Shown here piece after piece: positions 19,402 to 28,465 of a stretch of DNA of 37,008 nt. How positions within the stretch are numbered: position 1 is the stretch's first letter; every line of letters starts with the position of its first letter. The stretch is taken from positions 1 through 37,008 of the forward strand of contig CAWIEK010000031.1 of NCBI GenBank assembly GCA_963835065.1, in the 5' to 3' direction. The stretch comes from an uncultured Chthonomonadaceae bacterium (lineage in GTDB: Bacteria; Armatimonadota; Chthonomonadetes; Chthonomonadales; Chthonomonadaceae). The notes beneath the pieces are model-generated. The model was given only the letters and a program-made list of their open reading frames with translations, was not told where the DNA came from and ran no database searches. A program made the translations under genes and the position numbers.

Positions 19402-19845
19402 TCACGGCGTATCCGGGTAATCCTGTAGATGCTTCACGTAGGACAGTTCGCTGTGAACCGCGTCATAAAAGCGCGTGTCGGCTGTCCAGAACTCACAACC
19501 GCGCAGTTCGGCAAGCGCGGCGTACAGCGAGTCGTAAATGCGCTCCTGATCATAGCGACGCGCAATTTGCCGCGCCCGTACAATCATGTCAGGATGAGTG
19601 ACAATCTCAATGTTGAGGGCGGCCAGGCGAGCAAGCGCGGCATCGGCTTGTGGCGAAAGCAGAGTGCCTGTGTAAAGGTACTTCTGTACGACGCTTTCCA
19701 TCTCGTACTCAAAAAGTGGCGGCGCGATAAATTGAATGTCGGCATCAACCGCGTCATTCAGCAAACGGCGAGCTTTCTGCTGCCAGCGTTGGTTCGGCAC
19801 GATCCATCTGACAGCGATGCTTGCGTCTATGCAGATTTCGTCCAT
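19402..19845 (-). CDS. vapC: PIN-domain toxin, VapC family
   Basis: Acidic PIN residues in [19 protein letters not shown] and WTADTR. The ATG overlaps the antitoxin stop (TAATG). Confidence 0.9.
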   Translation of the reverse strand: MDEICIDASIAVRWIVPNQRWQQKARRLLNDAVDADIQFIAPPLFEYEMESVVQKYLYTGTLLSPQADAALARLAALNIEIVTHPDMIVRARQIARRYDQERIYDSLYAALAELRGCEFWTADTRFYDAVHSELSYVKHLQDYPDTP

Positions 19846-20117
19846 TAGCAAATATCTCGCTCTTCACGCATCTGGCAAATCGTTTCCGTCGCGTCAAGCA
19901 TCCCCGGTTCGTCATCCGGCAAACCTTCCACTTCAGCCAGAATTTGCCGTGCCAGTTGTACCCGCTTTGCATGATCCGCGCTCTGCTCTGAAGGGTTAAC
20001 CGGCGCGTCAGGCGAAAAAACATGCAGTTTTACGCCGAGACGCTGAAGCAAGGCTTTCTGGTCTTGCTCGGAAAGTTGATGTGCCAGTTGCTCGACCGCT
20101 TCCAATGTTGGCGTCAT
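19845..20117 (-). CDS. putative antitoxin of the VapC module
   Basis: AGGAGG SD, a 90-aa product MTPTLEAVEQLAHQLS...DATETICQMREER, translationally coupled to vapC. Confidence 0.8.
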   Translation of the reverse strand: MTPTLEAVEQLAHQLSEQDQKALLQRLGVKLHVFSPDAPVNPSEQSADHAKRVQLARQILAEVEGLPDDEPGMLDATETICQMREERDIC

Positions 20118-20158
20118 AAGTCCTCCTGTGTTGAAATCTTCAAATCTGTTATTTGCGT

Positions 20159-23100
20159 TTACCCGCAGACCGTACCACTTCCGAGACACTTTTGGAGGTA
20201 CTGCCCGGTGTAACTTTGCTTCACGAGTGCCACTTGTTCGGGCGTACCCTGCGCAATGAGTCTGCCGCCGCCATCGCCGCCCTCCGGCCCCATGTCCAGT
20301 ATCCAGTCACAGGTTTTGATCACGTCCAGGTTGTGTTCGATGACAAGCACGCTGTTGCCTGCCGTCACTAGACGGTTGAGGACGCCGATGAGTTTCTCCA
20401 CGTCCGCAAAGTGCAGCCCCGTTGTCGGCTCGTCCAGGATGTAGATCGTTCTTCCCGTCGGGCGCTTGGCGAGTTCGGACGCGAGTTTCACGCGCTGCGC
20501 TTCCCCGCCCGAAAGCGTGGTGGCGGGCTGTCCCAGCCGGATGTAGTCCAGTCCCACATCATGGAGGGTGCGGAACTTGCGGGCGATGTTGGGCAGCGCC
20601 TCGAAGAACTCGACGGCTTCCGAAACCGTCATGTCCAGCACATCGGCGATGTTCTTGCCCTTGAACTTCACTTCCAGCGTTTCGCGGTTGTAGCGCTTGC
20701 CCTTGCACACCTCGCACGGCACGTACACATCCGGCAAAAACTGCATCTCGATCTTCAAGATGCCGTCGCCCTTGCAGCTCTCGCACCGCCCGCCCTTCAC
20801 ATTGAACGAAAACCGCCCCGGCTCATACCCCCGTACCCGCGCATCCTGCGTTTTGCTGAACAGGACGCGGATCAAATCGAACGTGCCGGTATACGTGGCG
20901 GGATTGGAGCGCGGCGTCCGGCCAATGGGCGATTGGTCAATGTCAATGATCTTGTCCAGATGCTCCAGCCCGCGTATCTCCTCGTGCGCCCCCCACACCG
21001 TATGCGTTTTGTTGATGCGGTTTTGCAGGATCGGGTACAGCGTTTCCTGTATCAACGTGGACTTGCCCGACCCGGATACGCCCGTCACCGCCACAAACAG
21101 GCCGAGCGGAATCTTCACATCCACGTTTTTGAGGTTGTGCTGCTTCGCGCCGATCAGTTCGATGCACTTGTCACCGGGAGCGCGGCGCACTTGCGGCACT
21201 TCGATTTTGCGCCTGCCGCTCAGGAACTCGCCCGTAATGCTGTTCGGGTTGGCCTTGACTTCGGCAACCGTGCCTTCGCGCAACCACATGCCCGCCATGC
21301 TCGCCCGCGCCCGGCCCGATGTCAATGAGCCAGTCCGCCGACTCCATCGTTTCTTCGTCATGCTCCACGACCAGAACCGTGTTGCCCAATTCGCGCAGGT
21401 GTTCCAGCGTCTTAATCAGTTTCGTATTGTCGCGCTGATGCAGGCCGATGCTCGGCTCGTCCAGAATGTAAAGGACACCCATCAGCCCCGACCCGATCTG
21501 CGTCGCCAATCGAATACGCTGCGCTTCCCCGCCCGCAAGCGTTCGCGCCGAGCGATCCAGCGTCAGATAGTTCAGGCCGACATTGAGCAGAAAGCCGACG
21601 CGCGTTCGTATCTCCTTGACGACCTGCCGCCCGATCATCATTTCTCTGTCCGTCAATTTCAAGTCGTTAAAGAACGCGCCGATTTTTTCCAGCGACAGGG
21701 CGCACAAATCGGAAATGTTGGTTTTGCCGACTAGCACGGCCAGCGCTTCCGGTTTCAGCCGCTTGCCCTTGCACACGGGGCAGGGACGCTCGCTCTGGTA
21801 CTGCGCCAAATCTTCCTTCACGTAATCACTCGTAGACTCTTTGAACGAGCGCTCCATGATTTCAAGCACACCCGCGTATTCCGAATCGAAGTGGCGCGTC
21901 CGGCCCCACTTGTTGCGAAATTCGACGGTGACATTGCCCTTGATGCCGTTCATCAGCGAATCGTACTGCGCTTTCGTCAAATCTTTGATAGGCGTATCCA
22001 GCGTAAAACCCAGTTTCTTCGCCACCGCCCGGAACATGGCCGTGCGATGGTCCGACATAATATCCTTGCCGGACTTGTACACGAAATAGCGGATGGCCCC
22101 CTGCGCGATGCTCAAACTCTTGTCGGGAATAATGAGCGCGGGGTCGAACTCGGTTTTGGTTCCCAAACCGTGACAGTCGGGGCACGCGCCATATGGACTA
22201 GTTGAACGAAAACAGGCGCGGCTCGATCTCGTCGTAATTGAATTCGCTGTCGTCCGAAGCGTAATTTTCCGTAAAATGCAGTTCCTGAGCGGGATTGTCG
22301 CCCAATGCGTGAACATCCACGCTCGCCACGCCCTTCGCCCGCTTCAGCGCCTGTTCCAGCGCGTCCGTAATGCGCGTTCGGCTGATGTCTTCCTTCATCA
22401 CAAGGCGGTCAATGACGATTTCGATGGTATGCTGCTTGTAGCGCTCCAGGTCGGGGATGTTTTCGCTCAGGTCTACCATTTCGCCGTCTACCCTTGCGCG
22501 GACATAGCCCTCCTTGAGAATGTCCTCCATCTCCTTTTTGTACTCGCCCTTGCGTCCGCGTATCACGGGCGACAAAATCAGGAAGCGGGTTCCCATCGGC
22601 AGTTCCAAAATCCGGTCTACCATGCTCTCAATGTTTTGCTTGGTCAGGGGCAGGCCGGTTTTGGGGTCGTGCGGAACGCCCACGCGGGCATACAGCAGGC
22701 GCAGGTAGTCGTAGATTTCGGTGACAGTTCCAACCGTAGAGCGGGGGTTTTTGCTGGTGCTTTTCTGGTCAATGGAAACGGCGGGGGAAAGGCCGTCAAT
22801 CTGATCCACGTCCGGCTTGTCGTGCAGTCCCAAAAACTGGCGGGCATACGCGGACAGGCTTTCCACATAGCGGCGCTGTCCCTCCGCGTACAGCGTATCA
22901 AAGGCAAGCGAGGATTTGCCCGACCCGCTCAGGCCGGTAATCACAACCAATTTATCGCGGGGAATGTCCAGACTGATGTTTTTAAGGTTGTTCTGCCGCG
23001 CCCCCCGGATGCGGATCACGCCATGACACGGCGCGTCGTCGGGATCGTTCAGGCGCTCGGCAGCGGCTTGCAGTGTCTTTTCCTCCTGCTCCGCTATATG

Positions 23101-23208
23101 CGCGAAATCGTCCTGACCGTTCGCCCGATGCCCGTTGCCCTCACTGTCTGCCTTGCCGTGTCCAATTTTCGTTTCTTTTGCCCGTCCTGCCGTCTTCGCC
23201 TGTGCCAT
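20159..23208 (-). CDS. uvrA: excinuclease ABC subunit A, split into three ORFs by single-base insertions near 22199 and 21278
   Basis: [51 protein letters not shown], zinc finger CESC...[12 protein letters not shown] and LDEPTTGLH. The N-terminal extension may start at 23329 if there is a third indel. Confidence 0.95.
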
Positions 23209-23368
23209 AGTGCCCCGCTTCCTGTGTGCTGATACCTCATCCGGCTTGTCGCGCAGTCCCATGTTCTTCCTGTGCCGCTTCGTCCGCCATAACGCCGTTG
23301 TCTCGGTTTGTCGCTGTCTTTTTCGCCATGATGGGGGTCTGCCTTTGGATACCAATGCGCCAATAAAT

Positions 23369-23397
23369 ATGCCGACAGGATTCTACCCTGTCGGCAT
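23369..23397 (-). terminator. 11-bp hairpin, probable terminator of the upstream gene pair
   Basis: ATGCCGACAGG / CCTGTCGGCAT, followed on the minus strand by ATTTATT. Confidence 0.55.
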
Positions 23398-23435
23398 CAC
23401 TCAGAAATAGTAGACACGCCCAAATCCATGAAGAT

Positions 23436-23801
23436 TCAGCGCGGATTTTGTTCTGCGAGGCGGCGTTTGAGTTCGGCGACTTCTGTTTCCAATACGGCGA
23501 TCCGCGCTTCCAGATCAGAGAGATTTGGCGTCGAAGCGCCGGGCGGTAAAGCGCGTTGGTCTCCGCTTCTCAGCAAAACATTCTCCAAACGCAGCAGCAA
23601 ATTCTCCCGGTCTCGCTCCGCCAACTGCCTGTCCCTGTCAAACTCGTGGAGAACTTTGAGCAGGGTTTCTTTGGCGTCATTCAGATCGTCGTCGTGTTTG
23701 TCGGAGCGTATCTGAAGTTTCTTGATCTGTTCTTCTGTGTGCGTGAGACGGCGGTAGACGGTGGCGATGGATTTGGTAAAGTCAACAATCTGCTTCAACA
23801 T
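23436..23801 (-). CDS. hypothetical coiled-coil protein
   Basis: Heptad-rich (RENLLLRLENVLLR, LEARIAVLETEVAELKRRL). ATG 23801 follows the stop of the upstream gene. Confidence 0.75.
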   Translation of the reverse strand: MLKQIVDFTKSIATVYRRLTHTEEQIKKLQIRSDKHDDDLNDAKETLLKVLHEFDRDRQLAERDRENLLLRLENVLLRSGDQRALPPGASTPNLSDLEARIAVLETEVAELKRRLAEQNPR

Positions 23802-23805
23802 CAGA

Positions 23806-24027
23806 TTATGGTGACTCCCATATCGTTTTGATTTGCCGGTCAATTTCTTGCTGGAGGGCATCCCCTCTTGCCGCTTTTCGCTCTGCGGCTTGCTGCATCA
23901 CTTCAATTTCCGTCTGGAGTTTGTCGAATCGCGCTTCGTACTGCCGTATCTCTGCCATGACTTCTTCAAATTCGGCCATGTATTCAGTGTCGGTCTTTGT
24001 GCCGGTTTCGGAAACAATGTTGCTCAT
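23806..24027 (-). CDS. small hypothetical coiled-coil protein
   Basis: GGAGGT SD and an extended -10 upstream. Amphipathic helical sequence. Confidence 0.75.
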   Translation of the reverse strand: MSNIVSETGTKTDTEYMAEFEEVMAEIRQYEARFDKLQTEIEVMQQAAERKAARGDALQQEIDRQIKTIWESP

Positions 24028-24048
24028 GGTTTACATACCTCCGAGATG

Positions 24049-24057
24049 ATTATATCA
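24049..24057 (-). promoter_or_regulatory. extended -10 promoter (TGnTATAAT)
   Basis: Minus strand TGATATAAT just upstream of the SD of 23806..24027. Confidence 0.55.
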
Positions 24058-24159
24058 TAACTACGGGCGGGGTATCTTGAAGTGTTTCGCGCCTTTTTCA
24101 ACGCGAATGACAAAACAACAACAAAGGCGGTTTTTTGCGCGTAGGTTGACGAGAGGGTT

Positions 24160-25119
24160 TCAGGCATTGGCATTGAGCCATTGTGTCAGTTCGTCTTGCG
24201 TCTCGAAATCGAACAAAGCAAGCGCCATCTCTTCGATTTTTGGTGTCGGCAATGCGGTGATGCGCTGGCGCAAGGCGTCGCTCAATATCCCGAAACGCTT
24301 CTCGGTCTGGCGCAGTGTCAGGTTAATTGCCGCGCTACGCTCCCCGCGCTCGTAAGCGGCAACCTCGAAATTCTCCATAATCGCGGTGTACTGTTGTTTT
24401 GTTTGTGCAGGCATGGCGGCTTCCATCTCCTCTCGAATTTGATCATACTGTGCAGCAGTCAGTTTCAAATACGACTTCATGAACTCATTGATGATACGTG
24501 TCTGTTGGACATTCAGTTTGCCTGTTGAGAACAGGGTATAGAACTCCTTTCTCACGGTGCCGCGGTCTTCGGGCTTGACATTCATTTTTGCCATCGGCGC
24601 GACAGCGACGGGATTGTTGCTTCCGATGTAATCCTGCCATTTCAGACGATTGAGTTGAATGGTTTGGAACTGATAGCGGACAACGTCCATGCCAAACTCA
24701 GTTTCAATGTAAGTCTCCTGCTCGGCTTTCCTGGGCCTGTCATAAGAGAACAGAGCGATGGGATAAATCCGCAGTCCGAACTTTGCGCGAACGACGACAA
24801 AATAATTGAACATTCTGCCGCCAAATCCGCTCTGCTTTTTGGCCTGGTTTTCGATATGAATGAGGACAAAGCGTTCTTCTCCGGCAATTTTGCACTTGAC
24901 GAGAATATCTACCTCGTACTCTTGGGACTGAAGAAACGGCGCGAACATTTCCTTGTCCACGAATTCGATGCTGTCCGGGTCAATCAAAGCGGCGATATTA
25001 GGGGCGAACAGTTGCAGGAATTCAATGAACAGCAGCGTGATGAGTTCCTTGAACAAACGGTCATGGTCGGGATGGATGATGCCCGTCTTTTGGTTTGTTT
25101 GTGAGGAAGATTTTTTCAT
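24160..25119 (-). CDS. Rpn-family recombination-promoting nuclease/putative transposase with a DUF4351-like C-terminus
   Basis: DHDRLFKELI, VDILVK...LIHIENQ, F..RMF.Y, and C-terminal LRQ.EKRFG.L......I..L....IEEMA.ALFDF....L..WL. Confidence 0.88.
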   Translation of the reverse strand: MKKSSSQTNQKTGIIHPDHDRLFKELITLLFIEFLQLFAPNIAALIDPDSIEFVDKEMFAPFLQSQEYEVDILVKCKIAGEERFVLIHIENQAKKQSGFGGRMFNYFVVVRAKFGLRIYPIALFSYDRPRKAEQETYIETEFGMDVVRYQFQTIQLNRLKWQDYIGSNNPVAVAPMAKMNVKPEDRGTVRKEFYTLFSTGKLNVQQTRIINEFMKSYLKLTAAQYDQIREEMEAAMPAQTKQQYTAIMENFEVAAYERGERSAAINLTLRQTEKRFGILSDALRQRITALPTPKIEEMALALFDFETQDELTQWLNANA

Positions 25120-25151
25120 AAGAGGACGGTTCGCCTTTTCGCCTTCTTTCT

Positions 25152-25745
25152 CTACAGAGCCGACTGAAGCACAAAGTCAATCGCGCCGAACAACTGAGCG
25201 GTGTTATCCGTTGTGTACTTTCCTGTGTCCTGAGTGAAAACTTTTGCCGTCAATTTGCCAATGCGCCAAAGCAAACCGTCGGTCACAATGCCATAAACGG
25301 GCTTTGCCGTTGCTTTGTTGATGATCTGCGCGGCGACCAATTCCGCGAGGCATTGCCCCCAACCCTGCTCGAAATCGTTCTTTTTGGCTTCGACGATGAG
25401 GACCAGCGGCGTTCCCAAAACTTTGATGCCCAACGGTGATTTTGTGCCGAAAATGTAATCCGGAACGCCCGACAGCAAGGGGTCGGCGCTTAACGGTTTC
25501 TGAACCCAAAACGCCAGCGTTTCGACGTAATTCTTGTAGAGTTCGCGCAGAATAGGCGAAATGATCAGTTCTGTTCGCGCTCCCTCCGAAGAATACACAT
25601 CAATGTTTTCAATATTGAAGCGAAGTTCACTGAGAAAAAAGGCGCTTGGAGCCGTTGAGGTCGGGATGACAAAGGCGGCATCCTCATATTTGATGCTATA
25701 CGCTTCCAACACCTCAGAAATGGATTGGTAGTTGCTGAATGCCAT
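25152..25745 (-). CDS. PD-(D/E)xK-like hypothetical protein (HsdR N-terminal-like)
   Basis: Motifs SEGART..I.PIL, SGVPDY, IVEAKK, GQCLAEL.AAQ and VYGIVTDG..W. Confidence 0.8.
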   Translation of the reverse strand: MAFSNYQSISEVLEAYSIKYEDAAFVIPTSTAPSAFFLSELRFNIENIDVYSSEGARTELIISPILRELYKNYVETLAFWVQKPLSADPLLSGVPDYIFGTKSPLGIKVLGTPLVLIVEAKKNDFEQGWGQCLAELVAAQIINKATAKPVYGIVTDGLLWRIGKLTAKVFTQDTGKYTTDNTAQLFGAIDFVLQSAL

Positions 25746-26005
25746 GATGAACTCACCTCACAATTTGTATTGTTGGGAAGTTTACCAGATGCTTGATTTA
25801 ATGCCCCTAGATTTATCTGCCCGACAACGTGAAAAGAACGGAAAGCGCCTGTCCGAGTTACGCGGGATTTGCGTCAGCAACAGACGGGAAGCGCAGGGAC
25901 GCTATAGGTTTGAATTGTGCCACGACGCCGCAAAAAGGTTTGTATTGGTCAATCAAAATCGCGTGAAAACAGGCAGGGGAAATGTTTGCCAACGGCTGGA
26001 AAGCG

Positions 26006-26890
26006 TTAATACAGGCTGTCGTCGGGGCGCTGTTGTTTTTCCAGACGCTTAAGTTGGCGCAATAGTTCGGAGTGCTGGGCTTCCACTTTGACGTGGAGGG
26101 CGCGTATCTCTTTTTCCGCGATGATGTTGGCTTCGTACTCGGTTTTGCTCAGGGCGCGTTCCTGTACGGCGGTGCGGTGCTGGCTGTTGAGGACGAAGTT
26201 GCCGATGACGATTTGCAGGGCCGACAGCGCCAGTCCAAGCCATTCCAGTCCGCCCGCCATCTGTTCCCAGCGCGTCAGCAGAATCCACGCGCACAAAAAC
26301 ACGCCGAAAATAATAAGAAAGCCGCCGCTGCCCAAAAACTCCGTCAGGCGGGTCATGCGCCGGGTTTGCGCCGTCAGTTCCTCGTCGGCAACCTCGTTGG
26401 CGTTGCGAATCGTCGCGTAGCGCAGTTGCTGCCCGGAGCGGCTCAAACGCTGCGCCATGCCGGCCATCAGCAGGCGGGCAACATGCGGGTGGCTTTGAAT
26501 CACGGCGTCGAGTTCTTCGCCGTGGAGTTCCAGCAGGCCGGTGGCTTCCATCGCCTGCGCCGAAGCCGTGCGCTTGCCGCTGTGAAGCATGGCGACTTCG
26601 CCAAAGAAACTCCCTGTGCCCGCTTCCTCCAGCGTGAATTCTTCGCCTGTCGGCGTGACATGAAAAAAGCGCACCTTGCCGGAAACAATAAAGTAAACCG
26701 TGTCGCCGGGATCGCCAAAATGGAAAATAGGCTGTCCGGCCTCGTAGCCGATGAGGGGCAGGACGGCTTGCAGCGCGCGCAGGTCGGCGTCGCTCAGGCG
26801 CGGCATGTCTGCGGCGGCAGTGATAGTTCCCTGTGCCTGTGGGGGTTCCACCGGCGCATGATGAAGCTGCATATAGTCCTCGCTATGCAA
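26006..26890 (-). CDS. cyclic-nucleotide-binding domain plus DUF1003-like membrane protein
   Basis: cNMP motifs IFHFGDPGD.VYFIVSG.V, FFGE.A and RTASA. Then RNAN...LT...F.GS..F, two TM helices, SQ.R and EI..LH.K. Confidence 0.85.
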   Translation of the reverse strand: MHSEDYMQLHHAPVEPPQAQGTITAAADMPRLSDADLRALQAVLPLIGYEAGQPIFHFGDPGDTVYFIVSGKVRFFHVTPTGEEFTLEEAGTGSFFGEVAMLHSGKRTASAQAMEATGLLELHGEELDAVIQSHPHVARLLMAGMAQRLSRSGQQLRYATIRNANEVADEELTAQTRRMTRLTEFLGSGGFLIIFGVFLCAWILLTRWEQMAGGLEWLGLALSALQIVIGNFVLNSQHRTAVQERALSKTEYEANIIAEKEIRALHVKVEAQHSELLRQLKRLEKQQRPDDSLY

Positions 26891-26984
26891 ACAGCGCGTG
26901 GGAAGCGTCAGGTATGTTCAAAAAAGTGTTGGGGCGCAGTCCCTTCCTAAGCGGACGGCCAATGAAAGTTCGCCGCTTCTGCAT

Positions 26985-27009
26985 CCCTATCAACTATCAA
27001 CTGCCTACT
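26985..27009. repeat. heptamer repeats (CTATCAA)
   Basis: ccctatcaactatcaactgcctact at the stop codon of the M16 gene. Confidence 0.55.
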
Positions 27010-28465
27010 TGGATGGCTGGAGGTGAATGTTTGCCCGCACTCCCAGATACGTCTTAGCAGTACGCAGAATATCCGCGCGGGTTACATCCGCCAGTCGGCG
27101 CGGCAATTCCGTGTCGTAGGTATAGCCTTTGCCGACGGCTTCGTACCAGCCCAAAAGAAAAGCGCGGTCACGGCATCGCTCGTGCCGCAGCGCGTCCTGT
27201 CCGATGGCAAAATTGCGGGCGCGCGCGAGTTCTTCGTCTGTGGGAGGGTTAGCGCTTATGCCATCCAATTGGGCGTTAAGCAATCGGCGCGCGGTTTCCC
27301 AGGTGGCATCCTTTTTCGCGCCGCCATCCCGTTGGGTATTCCATTGCAGATACGCGACAAGCGTGAGAGACTGCTCCGGCGCATACAGCGCCCCGACTTC
27401 ATAGCCAAGCCCGAGCGTTTCGCGGGACTGCCGGAACAAGCGGGACGCATGGCCGCCGCCGAGCAGCGCCTGCAGCACCGTAAACGCAGGATAATCCGCG
27501 CTGGCAGAAGAGGGCGCGGGCGTGCCGACAAACATAGTGTCGGACGACCCTGAAACGGATATGTAAAAGGGCTGTGGGTTGTCATTTAAGGGTTGGGGAG
27601 GATCGGCAGCGACAAAGAAAGCGCCGCGTCGGTTGTAATCGGCAGTAAAAGCGGTGAGCAGACCCTGAACGCGCGGCATGTCAAAACGGCCTGCGAGGGA
27701 GATGACGGTTTGCGCAGGCGCGTAATGGCGCTGAAAGTAGGCTTGCGCCTGTGCCTGCGTGACGCGGCGCAGTTGGCTTTCTTCCGGTTCGGCCTCCCCA
27801 AGCATTAGCCTGACCGCCGCATAACCGCGCTTGAAATTTGTTTCGCTTGGCCCGGTTGCGCGTTCCTCATGAATGGCTTGCAGGGCGCGCTGCAGACTCT
27901 CCGGGGCGAACGCGGCGTTTTTCAGGCAATCGCACAGCAGATGCAGGGCTTCGGGCAGTTGCGCGGGAACGGTGACATAGTTAAGGGCAACCAGTTCCCC
28001 GGTACGCAGCACGTCCAGACTGCCGCCCACTTCCCCGGCAAGCGCCTGAATACTGTTCTGCGTCCGGTTGGCGTTGCCATAAAACAGCGTTCGCGCCACC
28101 ATTTCCCCAATGGCTGCGGAATCCGGCGAAGCGTCCGCGCCGACGCGAATGAACACGGAAACAGCCACCCGATCCGCTTCCGCCTCCGGCTTCAAAATCA
28201 GCCGAACGCCGTCCGGCAAAACCACCCGGAACGGCTGCACGGCAGGCGCAACATCTGCATGAGCAGAAACGCCCATCCAGCACAGCAACCCGTAAAGAAT
28301 CATAATAAAGACAAGCCTGCTACAATGCGGTATAAATACGCTGGTAGTTGTTTCGTCCGTAGGACGATTGGCCGCAGGCCTGCGTAACCGGCATTTTATA
28401 TGCCGGTTATTACGGGCAGTCTTACGGCATTCAAAATGGCGTCGAAAATAATGAAGAACAATCAT
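27005..28465 (-). CDS. M16 family peptidase-like subunit, non-catalytic (no HxxEH)
   Basis: LPDGVRLI, Y.P....I..AG.FD, LLGGG.ASRLF..RE..GL.Y and VT..DI...A..YL. It overlaps the upstream M16 gene by ATGA. An alternative start is 28303. Confidence 0.88.
   Translation of the reverse strand: MIVLHYFRRHFECRKTARNNRHIKCRLRRPAANRPTDETTTSVFIPHCSRLVFIMILYGLLCWMGVSAHADVAPAVQPFRVVLPDGVRLILKPEAEADRVAVSVFIRVGADASPDSAAIGEMVARTLFYGNANRTQNSIQALAGEVGGSLDVLRTGELVALNYVTVPAQLPEALHLLCDCLKNAAFAPESLQRALQAIHEERATGPSETNFKRGYAAVRLMLGEAEPEESQLRRVTQAQAQAYFQRHYAPAQTVISLAGRFDMPRVQGLLTAFTADYNRRGAFFVAADPPQPLNDNPQPFYISVSGSSDTMFVGTPAPSSASADYPAFTVLQALLGGGHASRLFRQSRETLGLGYEVGALYAPEQSLTLVAYLQWNTQRDGGAKKDATWETARRLLNAQLDGISANPPTDEELARARNFAIGQDALRHERCRDRAFLLGWYEAVGKGYTYDTELPRRLADVTRADILRTAKTYLGVRANIHLQPSK

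Noticed and set aside
12579..20158. Prophage or ICE
   Set aside because: No integrase, phage structural or conjugation genes. It is better explained as stepwise accretion of small cassettes.
21270..22205. Programmed frameshifting or a naturally split uvrA
   Set aside because: There are no slippery sequences, the breaks fall inside conserved motifs, and similar indels are scattered across the window.
20411..23232. Long plus-strand ORFs (20411..21328, 20697..21734, 22276..23232)
   Set aside because: They are antisense shadows of uvrA, typical of GC-rich coding DNA.
23210..23430. SOS/LexA box upstream of uvrA
   Set aside because: No recognisable CTGT-N8-ACAG or GAAC-N4-GTTC palindrome. The only IR seen looks like a terminator.
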